Source: Alphaproteobacteria bacterium
Lineage (GTDB): Bacteria > Pseudomonadota > Alphaproteobacteria > UBA2136
Assembly: GCA_047635695.1 (NCBI GenBank)
Contig: JBLILN010000001.1
Location: 140,898-204,897 of the forward strand
Direction: 5' to 3'
DNA: 64,000 nucleotides
Notes under the pieces: model-generated
What the model was told of the DNA's origin: nothing
The model's database searches: none
What the model saw: only the letters and a program-made list of their open reading frames with translations
Made by a program: the position numbers and the translations under genes
Shown: one piece after another, positions 25,647 through 35,684 of the stretch
How positions within the stretch are numbered: position 1 is the stretch's first letter
How the letters are laid out: every line of letters starts with the position of its first letter

Positions 25647-25769
25647 GCCTTTGATGCTCTCTTTTAAAAGCTGGTATATTTGCCAGCTTTTTTTTATATA
25701 TAAATAGGGTGTGTGTTTTTATCGAAGATTGATGTATTATCTTTAACAAATAAAAAATAAGAGGTTTTC

Positions 25770-26597
25770 ATGCTAACGAAAAATACGATTGATCTTTGGA
25801 AAGAGTCTTACCCTATCCCCGATGAAACAAGCCATAAATATACAAGGGGACATGCTGTTATTGTTGCCGGTAAAATGGTGGGTGCCGCAAGGTTGGCATC
25901 GCGCGCGGCGCGTCGTGTGGGTGCAGGGCTTGTAACAGTTGTATGTGAACCAAATGCTTACCCTATATTAACGCGTGACTGGCCAGGGACAATTGTGAGT
26001 GCCTTGGGCGAGGGTAAGCGTTATACAGAACATTTGGTCGACGATAAGAAAAATGCTTTTCTTTTAGGTCCAGGTGGTGGCCTTGATAGTGATTTGAAAG
26101 CGAAAATTTTATATACCCTTGAAATGGGTAAGCGCAAAGGCGCTGTGATTGACGCCGATGGCTTAAATATTTTTAAGGCTGATATTGAAAAAATCTTAGA
26201 ATCATTGCACAGTAATTGCGTTATAACGCCACATGCAGGCGAATTTACAAGAATTTTCCCTGATATTACAGGCTCACGTGAAAAGATGGCCATGGCAGCG
26301 GCAACGCGTGCAGGTTGCGTGGTGGTGTTAAAGGGCGCTAAAACAATTATTGCGTCTCCTTGTGGTCAGTTAGTAGAGAATGATCATACCTCTCCTTATC
26401 TTGCGACAGGCGGTACGGGTGACGTTCTTGCGGGTATGATTGTTGGTTTTATGGCTTTAGGCGTTTCAGCCTTTGATGCGGCGAATATGGCGGTTTGGTT
26501 GCATGGTGATGCTGGTAAACGTTTAGGTATAGGGCTTGTAGCCGAAGATATTATTGATATATTACCAACAGTTTTAAGAGAAGTTTTTGAAAAGTAA
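25770..26597 (+). CDS. nnrD: ADP-dependent NAD(P)H-hydrate dehydratase (YjeF C-terminal domain type)
   Basis: HKYTRGHAVIVAGKMVGAARLASRAARRVGAGLVTV, ITPHAGEF and GGTGDVLAGMI are carbohydrate-kinase-like motifs of the Nnr dehydratase. Confidence 0.85.
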   Translation: MLTKNTIDLWKESYPIPDETSHKYTRGHAVIVAGKMVGAARLASRAARRVGAGLVTVVCEPNAYPILTRDWPGTIVSALGEGKRYTEHLVDDKKNAFLLGPGGGLDSDLKAKILYTLEMGKRKGAVIDADGLNIFKADIEKILESLHSNCVITPHAGEFTRIFPDITGSREKMAMAAATRAGCVVVLKGAKTIIASPCGQLVENDHTSPYLATGGTGDVLAGMIVGFMALGVSAFDAANMAVWLHGDAGKRLGIGLVAEDIIDILPTVLREVFEK

Positions 26598-26687
26598 AGG
26601 CTTTGTGTCAGTTTATTGACGGTTTTACTATTGGTGTCGCTTATAAGTGACTAGAAGTTTTAAAAAAATATAGGGTTTTACGGGCAA

Positions 26688-27035
26688 ATGAAAAAAATAA
26701 TATTCGGGCTAATACTTTCTTTTATGGTAACGGATGCTTACGCTCAGTCGAGTGCGGTGGTTCATAACCAAGGGTCACAACGTGGCTACATTAAAGTACT
26801 GGAAGATAAAGTTGTTGAACTCAATGAACTTATTGCTGATTTAAATGCTAAATTGGCTGACTATGGCCCGCGTTTGTTGGCTGTAGAAAATACAAATCAA
26901 GCTATTAATGTATGCGCAGGCAAAACACCGCCAATGCTTTATGCTGGGGCAATTAAGGGTTGTGTAGAGTTAAGACCAGCGCCATGTGAGTTATGTGATT
27001 CAGTGGAAGAGGTTCCTACAGAACCTGCTATATAA
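26688..27035 (+). CDS. Small secreted hypothetical protein (115 aa)
   Basis: Signal peptide MKKIIFGLILSFMVTDAYA. Its mature N-terminus resembles that of the next gene: L..L...I.....N...I..CA. Confidence 0.55.
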   Translation: MKKIIFGLILSFMVTDAYAQSSAVVHNQGSQRGYIKVLEDKVVELNELIADLNAKLADYGPRLLAVENTNQAINVCAGKTPPMLYAGAIKGCVELRPAPCELCDSVEEVPTEPAI

Positions 27036-27041
27036 AGGAAG

Positions 27042-28520
27042 ATGGGTGTACTTATGGGTAATTTTATCAAATTTTTAGCCGTGTTTTTATTGGTTCCTTT
27101 TGTCTCTTTACAGGCAATGGAATTTCAAGCCGTTAAAGGGGCCGTTGGTAATACTTTTACTTATCAATCAAAGGTGTTGAGTAATGCTCTGATTAAGGCA
27201 ACTGAATTGACGGATGACCTTATTCGTCGATTGGAAACAATTGAAGATAATCAAAAAGAAATTATGTCATGTGCTAAGCAAGATGCGCCCTTTGATCCAG
27301 ATAGTTATTCTGTATGGGATAACGGTATAGGTCAATGTGTGACCATTACCAGAGCCTGTGTCGATGCGCCTGAAAACCCTATTGAATCGAGAGAGCTAAT
27401 CTTTATTTTTGATGCATCTTCTTCGATGAAATCAACCTATACACCACCAAAAACTGCACATGAGTGTAAGTCATATTACGCCCGATATCAGGACGAGTGC
27501 GGTAGTAAATATTACCCAACATTTAAACAAATGCATCCAACAACTAAATCTTGTGGTAGCAACTCTAGGTCAAAATACTGTAAGTGGTGTGGCTATAAGC
27601 CTAAAGCACCTCAAAAGAAAGTTGTTATCGGCACCAAAGTGGATGGTGAAGGTATAACCCATGACGTTTATGGCACTGTTTATGTGACAGAAGGCTCAGA
27701 ATGGGAAAAATATACTGCTCAAAAAGAAAAGTATGAAACCTGCTTGCAGAAGAATTTAGATACACAGTGTGTCTCGAATTTTAACACCTGTAAAACAAAT
27801 TCTGCTGTGGAAAATGCAGAGGAAATTGCAGGGTGGAATACGGCTTACGCCATTTGGAAGGAATCGACTTATATACCGTATAGAACTTGTCGTTACCAGC
27901 AGTACAATGAATATTTGACCTGTGTAAATGACTTTAACTCTATATGGAACACAGCCAAGTCTGAATCGCGTATCGAAGCCGCAAAAGCTGCCGTTTCTGC
28001 ATCGATTAAAAGTGCGCCAACCTTTGTTGACTTAGGTCTGGTGGTCTTTAATGGCTGTAATGAAATTGTGAATCATGGTTTTTATCTTGATGCCGATCGC
28101 ACCGATCTATTAAAAGCTGTCGCTGCTATTGAAGCCACAGGGACAACACCATTGGTTGACTCTATGATTATTGCCGCTGAAAATATGAAAATAAAAGAAG
28201 AAGGTGTGAATGCCGAAGGCTATATCGTGCTGGTAACAGATGGTGAAGATACCTGCGTGAGTAAAGACTCTGCCATTTCTATGAAAGCCGTATGTAACAC
28301 GGCCAAGGCCTTGAAAAAGGAAAATGATGGTCTGGTTATTAATGTGCTCGATTTATCGAACAACTCGAAGCTTTCATGTATCTCAGAATACACAGGTGGT
28401 GTCTATGCAAGTGTTTCTGGTGAAGGTACAATGCTCACAGCTATTGTGGAAGAAATGTCTAAAATATCAGACGTGCCTGAATATTGCTATGCACCGACTG
28501 ATTTAGAATGGCCAGAATAA
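27042..28520 (+). CDS. Secreted von Willebrand factor A (vWA) domain protein with a large Cys-rich insertion
   Basis: Signal peptide present. MIDAS DxSxS at LIFIFDASSSM. The remaining vWA elements appear only about 190-240 aa later (IEAAKAAV..., LGLVVFNG, ATGTTPLVDSM, YIVLVTDGEDT). The intervening segment contains most of the roughly 20 cysteines in the protein. Confidence 0.7.
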   Translation: MGVLMGNFIKFLAVFLLVPFVSLQAMEFQAVKGAVGNTFTYQSKVLSNALIKATELTDDLIRRLETIEDNQKEIMSCAKQDAPFDPDSYSVWDNGIGQCVTITRACVDAPENPIESRELIFIFDASSSMKSTYTPPKTAHECKSYYARYQDECGSKYYPTFKQMHPTTKSCGSNSRSKYCKWCGYKPKAPQKKVVIGTKVDGEGITHDVYGTVYVTEGSEWEKYTAQKEKYETCLQKNLDTQCVSNFNTCKTNSAVENAEEIAGWNTAYAIWKESTYIPYRTCRYQQYNEYLTCVNDFNSIWNTAKSESRIEAAKAAVSASIKSAPTFVDLGLVVFNGCNEIVNHGFYLDADRTDLLKAVAAIEATGTTPLVDSMIIAAENMKIKEEGVNAEGYIVLVTDGEDTCVSKDSAISMKAVCNTAKALKKENDGLVINVLDLSNNSKLSCISEYTGGVYASVSGEGTMLTAIVEEMSKISDVPEYCYAPTDLEWPE

Positions 28521-28535
28521 TCAAAACTTAAAAAG

Positions 28536-28558
28536 AAAGCGCTGCGGCGCTTTTTTTT
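28536..28558 (+). terminator. Rho-independent terminator
   Basis: AGCGC-tgcg-GCGCT followed by a T8 run. Confidence 0.7.
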
Positions 28559-28629
28559 ATTCATTCTTGTCTGGTTTAAGGGGGTGTTTTTTAGTATTAT
28601 GCGCCCATCATATATAAAGGAAATAAAAA

Positions 28630-29031
28630 ATGTTTATACTACACGAACGTTTAAAGGCGGACACATTTAAGGTCTGTAATATGGCGCTTTGTCAGGTTCT
28701 GCTGATGAATGATACAACTTATCCTTGGCTTATTTTGGTACCACGCCAAAATGATATTGTTGAAATAACCGACTTAACGTTGGCTGATCAGGCCTTGTTG
28801 ATGGTTGAAATGTCAAAAGTAAGTGCTGTTTTACAAGAAATGACAGACGCTGATAAAATGAACGTTGCGGCCCTTGGTAATATGGTGCCTCAGCTTCATA
28901 TGCATGTCATCGCACGCTTTAAAGACGACCCTTCATGGCCGAACCCTGTTTGGGGTAAAACAGAAGCAATAGCTTATGGCGAAAATATTAAAAATGAATT
29001 CTTGAAGGCTTTATCAGAAAAACTTACGTAA
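28630..29031 (+). CDS. HIT family hydrolase
   Basis: The histidine triad motif is PQLHMHVIARF (HxHxHxx), and the size is about 130 aa. Confidence 0.85.
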   Translation: MFILHERLKADTFKVCNMALCQVLLMNDTTYPWLILVPRQNDIVEITDLTLADQALLMVEMSKVSAVLQEMTDADKMNVAALGNMVPQLHMHVIARFKDDPSWPNPVWGKTEAIAYGENIKNEFLKALSEKLT

Positions 29032-29046
29032 AACAATTGAATATAC

Positions 29047-29075
29047 TTGACATTTAGCTGTTATTTACCTATTTT
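29047..29075 (+). promoter_or_regulatory. Candidate sigma70-type promoter for rplY-pth
   Basis: TTGACA (29047-29052), 17 nt spacer, TATTTT (29070-29075), about 70 nt upstream of rplY. Pattern match only. Confidence 0.35.
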
Positions 29076-29144
29076 GCCCGATAGGTATACGACACCCTTG
29101 GAGGTCGATATCAATTAAATTTTATTAAATGAAAGATTAAAGAC

Positions 29145-29816
29145 ATGTCTGATGTATATGTAATGGAAGCACAGGTACGTGAAAATGGCGGTAAGGGGAT
29201 CGCGCGTCGTTTGCGTAATGAAGGAATGGTACCTGCAGTTGTTTATGGTTCTGGTAAAGAGCCTAAAAAAGTAGCGGTAACAGCTCACAGCCTAAAAATG
29301 GCTATTCAACACGGTGGTTTCTTGACTTCGGCTCAAGAACTATTGATTGAAGGAAAAACGGAACTCGTTCTTCCACGTGAAATTCAGTGCGACCCAGTAT
29401 CTGATAAAATTACACACGTAGATTTTCTACGTTATGACGCTAAGCGTATGGTTAAAGCGACTGTTCGTATTGAAATGACAGGCCATGATAAGTCTGAAGG
29501 TGTTAAAGCTGGTGGTATTGCTTCACTTCAACGCTCTGAAGTTGAACTTCTTTGCCGCGCGGACTCTATCCCGAACATTCTTTACGTTTCTCTTGAAGGC
29601 TTGAATGTTGGTGAAGCTGTTAAGTTCTCATCTATCACACTTCCAGACGGCGTTGAACCTGCTATCGCTGACCGTGACTTCACTGTTGCGTCTATTCTTT
29701 CTTCACGTACAACGAAGACAGATGAAGATGATGCAGATGATGCAGCAACAGCTGACGGCGATGCTGAAGGTGAATCAGTTGAAGGCGCAGAAGCCGAAAC
29801 TAAGTCAGAAGACTAA
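29145..29816 (+). CDS. rplY: 50S ribosomal protein L25 / general stress protein Ctc (long form with acidic tail)
   Basis: REN-GGKGIARRLRNEGMVPAVVYG has the L25 N-terminal signature. It has two domains plus a D/E-rich C-terminus and is followed by pth, which is conserved synteny. Confidence 0.9.
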   Translation: MSDVYVMEAQVRENGGKGIARRLRNEGMVPAVVYGSGKEPKKVAVTAHSLKMAIQHGGFLTSAQELLIEGKTELVLPREIQCDPVSDKITHVDFLRYDAKRMVKATVRIEMTGHDKSEGVKAGGIASLQRSEVELLCRADSIPNILYVSLEGLNVGEAVKFSSITLPDGVEPAIADRDFTVASILSSRTTKTDEDDADDAATADGDAEGESVEGAEAETKSED

Positions 29817-29829
29817 AGAGGCTTATGAT

Positions 29830-30408
29830 ATGTTTCTTATTGTAGGGCTTGGAAATCCAGGAACTAAATACGAAGAAACACGTCATAACATAGGCTTTAA
29901 GGCGGTGGACGAAATTGTCCGCCGCTTTTCTTTTTCAAGTTGGTCGGACAAGTTTTCGGGCGTTATATCAAAAGGCACGATCGACGGCCATAAAGTGGTT
30001 GTTCTAAAACCACAAACATTTATGAATTTAAGTGGTTTATCGGTCAAACTTGCGGCGCATTTTTTTAAAATTGAAACCAAAAATATTATTGTCATACATG
30101 ACGAGCTTGATTTACCGCCTCTCAAGGTACGTATTAAAGTCGGCGGCGGTAATGGTGGCCATAATGGCCTCAAGTCTATCCAGCAAACCATGGGCACGGC
30201 TGATTTTATCCGTATACGCCTTGGCATCGGTCATCCAGGAGATAAAAACAAGGTCTCTGCCTATGTTCTCAATGCTTTTGCAAAAGCTGAAATAGTAGAT
30301 TTTGACATTCTATGTGCACACCTGGCCGACAAAATACCGATGGTGATGGCAGGTGAAGGCACACGTGTGGTCAGTGATTTAGCACAGGTATTTGCCCCAC
30401 AAAAATAA
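29830..30408 (+). CDS. pth: Peptidyl-tRNA hydrolase
   Basis: MFLIVGLGNPGTKYEETRHNIGF and the catalytic-His context, with GGHNGLKSI. Start moved from 29605, where the upstream part of that ORF overlaps rplY out of frame. Confidence 0.92.
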   Translation: MFLIVGLGNPGTKYEETRHNIGFKAVDEIVRRFSFSSWSDKFSGVISKGTIDGHKVVVLKPQTFMNLSGLSVKLAAHFFKIETKNIIVIHDELDLPPLKVRIKVGGGNGGHNGLKSIQQTMGTADFIRIRLGIGHPGDKNKVSAYVLNAFAKAEIVDFDILCAHLADKIPMVMAGEGTRVVSDLAQVFAPQK

Positions 30409-30491
30409 TTAACTTTTATTCCTATTGCTTGCTTTTTTCTCTTTTTATAGTCATTCTTTTTTTAGAGTTTAATCAATAAGGGCCATCAGTC

Positions 30492-32324
30492 ATGCAAGAT
30501 ATCATAAGCGCTATATGCTTCGTTATGGTTTTAGGTGTATTGGCACAATGGGTTGCTTGGCGCGTTAAAATACCTGCAATCATCCTTCTTTTCTTTGTAG
30601 GTTTAACTGTCGGGCCTTTAACAGGTTACTTTCAACCGACCGAAATTTTTTCAGATCTACTCAGGCCGTTTATTTCAATAGCTATTGCTATTATTCTTTT
30701 TGAAGGTGGTTTAAATCTTAAATTCCAAGAATTAAGAGAAACCAGAAAGGCCGTGCGCCGCATGGTCATGGGTGCACCCGTTTCATGGTTTTTTACCGCC
30801 ATAGCCGCACATTATGTTGCAGGCCTATCTTGGGAAGTCTCTGTCTTGTTGGGGGGTATTATGGTTGTCACAGGGCCAACGGTTATTATGCCTTTATTGA
30901 AACAGGCACGCTTGAATATGCGTGTGGGTTCAGTATTGAAATGGGAAGGTATTGTCAATGACCCTATTGGTGCTTTATTTGCCGTATTAGCCTTTGAGTA
31001 TTTTACCGTTTTTAAAGAGGCTGGTAGCACTTTTAGCCATGTGTCATTTTTCTTTGGTCATACTTTAATTGTGGTACTGGCTTCCTATGCCTTGGCAAAA
31101 TTAATTGCCTGGGTTTTTGTACGCGGTTTTGTGCCCGAGTTTTTAAAAATCCCCGTTATTTTAAGCGCTGTTATTGCGTCGTATGTCATCGCCAACCAAT
31201 TGCAAGAAGAGGCAGGGCTTGTGGCTGTCACTGTTTTGGGTGTGGCCTTGGGTAACATGCGTTTGGCTTCTATTGAAGAGATTCGCCGTTTTAAGGAAGT
31301 GGTGACCCTCATGCTTGTGTCATCTGTCTTTATCCTTTTAGCCGCGACATTGAAAATGGATCAAATTCTTGGCCTTGATATAAGAAGTATCGCCTTTATT
31401 GTTGTTTTACTTATTGTCATTCGCCCTTTAATGGTGGCGATTGTTTCTATTGGGACAGGTTTGACACTGAAAGAGAAAATTCTCATCGGTTGGATAGCGC
31501 CGCGTGGGGTTGTTTGTGTGGCTGTGGCAGGTATTTTTGCGCCAACGATGCTGGCTTACGGCTATGAAGACGCAACGCAATTGGTGCCTATATGTTTTGG
31601 TGTAGTCTTTGTGACGGTTGTTTTGCATGGCCTTTCTATTCGCTTTTTAGGCAAGCGTCTCGACTTAGTCGCAGAAAAAGAAAATGGTATTTTAATTGTG
31701 GGTGCTTCACCCATGGCACAGGACTTGGCGGAGGTTATTCAGTCACGTGATCTTCCTGTGATGATTGCTGATAACAACTGGCGACGCCTGCGTCCTATTC
31801 GTGTGGGTAATATCCCCACTTATTATGGTGAAACTTTAAGCGATGAAACAGAGCATAATTTAGAATTTAACCAATTTTCATACTTACTGGCATTAACCGA
31901 TAGCGTGGCCTATAACGCTTTGGTTTGTGCTAAGTATGTGCATGAATTTGGCCGTGATAACGTGGCCCAACTGGCACGTGAAAATGAAGACGAGAATGAG
32001 GGCGAAAATGACCCTGCAACTTATAGCCATACATTGCGTGGTAAAACGCTTGTGGGTGAGCAGATGTCGTTTGATAAGTTTAGTCAAAAATATGCCAAAG
32101 ATTGGAAATTTGTGAGTTCACGCTTAAGCGACACCTTCACCTATCAGGACTATCTTAAACAAAAAGGTGAAAATTGCATTCCGCTGATGGCGATAACGTC
32201 ATACGGTAAGGTTATTTTCCATACGACTGACAGTGACTATACACCGATGAGTGGCGATGTTTTAATTGCCTTTATTAAACTTGAAGTCGGCGGTGTCGAA
32301 TCAAAGAGCGGTGTTTATTTATAA
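30492..32324 (+). CDS. Cation:proton antiporter (CPA1/NhaP-like) with a cytoplasmic C-terminal domain
   Basis: About 11-12 TM helices in the first roughly 400 aa, with Na_H_Exchanger-like motifs (FEGGLNL, GWIAPRGVV). A soluble tail of about 200 aa follows. Confidence 0.75.
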   Translation: MQDIISAICFVMVLGVLAQWVAWRVKIPAIILLFFVGLTVGPLTGYFQPTEIFSDLLRPFISIAIAIILFEGGLNLKFQELRETRKAVRRMVMGAPVSWFFTAIAAHYVAGLSWEVSVLLGGIMVVTGPTVIMPLLKQARLNMRVGSVLKWEGIVNDPIGALFAVLAFEYFTVFKEAGSTFSHVSFFFGHTLIVVLASYALAKLIAWVFVRGFVPEFLKIPVILSAVIASYVIANQLQEEAGLVAVTVLGVALGNMRLASIEEIRRFKEVVTLMLVSSVFILLAATLKMDQILGLDIRSIAFIVVLLIVIRPLMVAIVSIGTGLTLKEKILIGWIAPRGVVCVAVAGIFAPTMLAYGYEDATQLVPICFGVVFVTVVLHGLSIRFLGKRLDLVAEKENGILIVGASPMAQDLAEVIQSRDLPVMIADNNWRRLRPIRVGNIPTYYGETLSDETEHNLEFNQFSYLLALTDSVAYNALVCAKYVHEFGRDNVAQLARENEDENEGENDPATYSHTLRGKTLVGEQMSFDKFSQKYAKDWKFVSSRLSDTFTYQDYLKQKGENCIPLMAITSYGKVIFHTTDSDYTPMSGDVLIAFIKLEVGGVESKSGVYL

Positions 32325-32365
32325 AAAAATCCCCTTTAAAAGGAGCTTTTAAGAATACTAATGGT

Positions 32366-32761
32366 TTAATCAACGTTGCGGACAACCGTGCACTGGCTTA
32401 GGTCGTCTATGTTGATGATAAAGACATGACCACAGGTAGAAATGACGGTATGCGTAGGCGTGATGCTATAGCCTTCTTCTTGGCGACGCTCTACGGCTAA
32501 TTTAAGCAACTGCACTGCTTGGGGGTCACTCTTGAGTGGCGCGGCATAGTCTTCTTCATCATGTAAGCTAAATACACCATAACCATTCTCGCTAAATTCT
32601 TCGAGGCACTCGTGCACTTCTTCACTAGAAGAGCTTTTGGATTGCTGCGCAAGCTCAACAAAGTGGCGGCATGTTTCAAGTAGTGACTCTAATAGATAGG
32701 CGCTGTCTGCAGTTTCTTCTAATGCTTCTTCAAAGTCTAAATTCTCATCCATTTTTATCAC
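32366..32761 (-). CDS. Acidic hypothetical protein (131 aa)
   Basis: The ORF has coherent codon usage and sits between two terminator-less gaps. No motif recognised. Confidence 0.45.
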   Translation of the reverse strand: MIKMDENLDFEEALEETADSAYLLESLLETCRHFVELAQQSKSSSSEEVHECLEEFSENGYGVFSLHDEEDYAAPLKSDPQAVQLLKLAVERRQEEGYSITPTHTVISTCGHVFIINIDDLSQCTVVRNVD

Positions 32762-32911
32762 TCTTTAAATTTGTTTGTTTTTATTCATTTGGCATATATT
32801 TATTATATGTTGCCTTTTAATTATAGAACAGCTTAAAAAGATAGCCATAAAATAATCTGACACCACTTTTCTTCTTCGCTTTAAAGGCCATTTTTGTATA
32901 TAGTCAATGAC

Positions 32912-34468
32912 ATGGAAAAAAATATTCAAAAACCTTTTAAAGGGCCAATGCTATTATGCATTGTTGACGGCTTCGGCTTGCGTGAAGACGCATATGGAAA
33001 TGCCGTTAAAATGGCAAAAACACCCACATTAGACCAATTGCTGAATGTGCACCCGCATAGTGCTTTATTGACACACGGCGAAGTTGTCGGTTTACCCAGT
33101 GGACAAATGGGCAATAGTGAAGTGGGGCATATGACCATTGGCAGTGGCCGCACCATATTACAAAGCCTCGACCTGATTCAGCAAGAGCTGAAAACAGACA
33201 TGTCACAAAATACGGTTTGGCAAAAGGCCTTAAAGACGACTGAAAAATCTGATAAAATTCACCTTATCGGTATGTTGAGTGATGGCGGTGTCCATAGTCA
33301 TAGTGACCATCTTTTGGCTCTGTGCGAAAAACTACAAGTGCTTGGTAAACCTATTTTAATTCATGTTATTCTCGATGGTCGTGATACAAAACCAAAGGCA
33401 GGCTTGACGCAGTTAAAAGCATTTATTCATAAAATTAAACATCTCAACAATGTTCATATTGCCGACGTTTGTGGCCGTTTTTATGCAATGGACCGTGACA
33501 ATAATTGGGACAGAATTTCAAGTGCCTATAACCTTTATACCAAATCACAAGCAACAACAACGCCTGTGCTTGATGTGATGGAGGCGCAATATAACAAAGG
33601 TAATACAGACGAGTTTATCGACGCAACGGCTTTTGAGCTACCTGGTGGTTTAACGTCGACTGTTGAAAATAACGACAGCTTGTTCTTCTTTAATTTTAGA
33701 GCCGACCGTATGCGCCAAATTGTCCGTACATTTATAGATACTGATTTGAAGGTTGAAGGCTTAAAGCGTTCTGAAAAATTAAATGTGCATGTTATTTGCA
33801 TCACAGAATATGACCAGACGTTTAACAACCGCGTTATTACGCTCTTTCCACCAACTTTGCCTCAACATACCATCGGTGAGGTTGTCGCAAGCTTGGGCGG
33901 TAAGCAACTGCGTATCGCTGAAAGCGAAAAATATGCCCATGTGACGTTTTTCTTGAATGGTGGCATCGAAAAACCCTTTGTCGGCGAAACACGTATTGTT
34001 ATCCCATCGCCCAAAGTTAAAACCTATGATATGGTACCTAAAATGTCCTTGCCACAAGTGAAGGACGCACTGTTAGACGCGATAGAAAATGGCGATTTTG
34101 ATTTAATCGTGCTGAATATAGCCAATGGTGACCAAGTTGGTCATAGTGGCAGCCTTGTAGCGTCGATAGAAGCTGTTGAGTATATCGACCAGTGTTTGGG
34201 CGAAATAACCGAGACTTTAAAAACGGCAGACGGTGAAATGGTGTTAATTGCAGACCATGGTAATTGCGAGGAAATGTTAGATGCAAACGGCGGCATTTGT
34301 ACATCGCACACATTAAACCCCGTGCCATTTTTATATGTCGGGCGTACAGGTTTTAAAGCACAAAACGGTAGCTTGAAAGACGTCGCACCGACGATATTAA
34401 ATTTAATGAATATAAAAGTACCTGCCTTAATGACAGGGAAAAATTTACTGATGAGGAAAGATGTTTAG
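32912..34468 (+). CDS. gpmI: 2,3-bisphosphoglycerate-independent phosphoglycerate mutase
   Basis: LLCIVDGFG, GNSEVGHMTIGSGR (catalytic Ser), DGGVHSH, HVILDGRDT and ADHGN. Start chosen at ATG 32912. Confidence 0.92.
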   Translation: MEKNIQKPFKGPMLLCIVDGFGLREDAYGNAVKMAKTPTLDQLLNVHPHSALLTHGEVVGLPSGQMGNSEVGHMTIGSGRTILQSLDLIQQELKTDMSQNTVWQKALKTTEKSDKIHLIGMLSDGGVHSHSDHLLALCEKLQVLGKPILIHVILDGRDTKPKAGLTQLKAFIHKIKHLNNVHIADVCGRFYAMDRDNNWDRISSAYNLYTKSQATTTPVLDVMEAQYNKGNTDEFIDATAFELPGGLTSTVENNDSLFFFNFRADRMRQIVRTFIDTDLKVEGLKRSEKLNVHVICITEYDQTFNNRVITLFPPTLPQHTIGEVVASLGGKQLRIAESEKYAHVTFFLNGGIEKPFVGETRIVIPSPKVKTYDMVPKMSLPQVKDALLDAIENGDFDLIVLNIANGDQVGHSGSLVASIEAVEYIDQCLGEITETLKTADGEMVLIADHGNCEEMLDANGGICTSHTLNPVPFLYVGRTGFKAQNGSLKDVAPTILNLMNIKVPALMTGKNLLMRKDV

Positions 34469-35573
34469 TTTGATACGCTTTTTAAAAACAACCGCTTTTA
34501 TAATGTTAATAGCGATAACACCTGTTGACGCAGCAGACTATACAGGACTTTCAGCGCAAGAGAAAGCCACGGCTATAAGTGCTGAAAAGCTTGCAGAACA
34601 GCAGGAAGCTTCACGTTTAAAACGTGTCAAAGTGCGCGAAAACAAAGCGAAAAACCTACAAAAGAAAATTACAAAAATTGATCAGAAGATTTTATTGATC
34701 AACGATGATATGAATATTTTAAAAGGCGAGATGGAACTGCTTGATGAAAAAGAAGCCGCCGCACGCAAACGCCTTAGCCAAAAACTGGACACCTTTAACG
34801 AAACGGCTATTACCATTGCAAGGCTTGAACGTATGCCCATAGAAGCCATGGCAGCGGCATCTTCTATGCGTGCGGCACATAGCCGTAAAGGTATTGTAGA
34901 AGGTGGGCGTAAGTCACTTAGCGGGCAAATTTCTAAAAACCGTGCCGATATTTACGAATTACAAGACATACGCACCGAACGCAGTGAAAAGGTGAAACAA
35001 ACAGAAGTTTTACAAAATAAAAGATTGAATGAGAAAAAACAGCTGGAAAGCTTGTTTGAAAAACAAATTAAATACTTAGCGGCTGACGATGCTGAAAAAG
35101 CAACCTTGCTTAAAAAAGCGCATGCCATGAAACAAAAAAAGACGCTTAATGAATTGTTGCTGAGCTACAAAAAAACAGATGCCTATCTGCCGCAATCACA
35201 AGCCAGTTTAAAAGTTTTTCCTGTGCAGGGTAAAATTGTCAGAGGCTACAATGAGGCGGATAAAAATGGCGTTAAGTCGCACGGTGTGACCATTACCAGT
35301 ACGGCAAGTGAGCCAGTGACAGCTGTGAAGGACGGTCGTGTTATCTACAGCGACCGTTTTCGTGAATATGGCTACATTGTTATTTTAGAACATGCTGATG
35401 GCAGTAACTCGCTTTACAGTGGTATGGGTAAAAGTGATAAAAAATTGGGTAACTTTATTTACGCAGGCAAAAAAATTGGCCTTATGCCTAATAACAGTAA
35501 ACCACAACTTTACCTTGAAATACGTCAAAACGGTAAAACCGTCAATCCGTCAAAATATCTCATGGAAAGCTGA
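34461..35573 (+). CDS. envC: Murein hydrolase activator EnvC-like (coiled coil plus degenerate LytM/M23 domain)
   Basis: Signal peptide and a long heptad region are present. The C-terminal M23-like domain lacks the metal ligands: SHGVTIT instead of HxxxD, and LYLEIRQNG instead of HxH. The gpmI-envC-ctpA synteny is conserved. Confidence 0.8.
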   Translation: MFSLIRFLKTTAFIMLIAITPVDAADYTGLSAQEKATAISAEKLAEQQEASRLKRVKVRENKAKNLQKKITKIDQKILLINDDMNILKGEMELLDEKEAAARKRLSQKLDTFNETAITIARLERMPIEAMAAASSMRAAHSRKGIVEGGRKSLSGQISKNRADIYELQDIRTERSEKVKQTEVLQNKRLNEKKQLESLFEKQIKYLAADDAEKATLLKKAHAMKQKKTLNELLLSYKKTDAYLPQSQASLKVFPVQGKIVRGYNEADKNGVKSHGVTITSTASEPVTAVKDGRVIYSDRFREYGYIVILEHADGSNSLYSGMGKSDKKLGNFIYAGKKIGLMPNNSKPQLYLEIRQNGKTVNPSKYLMES

Positions 35574-35684
35574 AATAAACATCTAAACATAAAAGAATTC
35601 CCTATTTTGGCCTTTGTCTTGCATATGAATTAATGTAGAATACATAATTCTTCAAAAGTTATAAAAACTAATAAAAGAAACGAA

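Noticed and set aside
29605-29829. N-terminal extension of the pth ORF overlapping rplY
   Set aside because: The extension is out of frame with rplY and has a low-complexity (M/Q/L) translation. Canonical Pth begins at MFLIVGLGNPG (ATG 29830).
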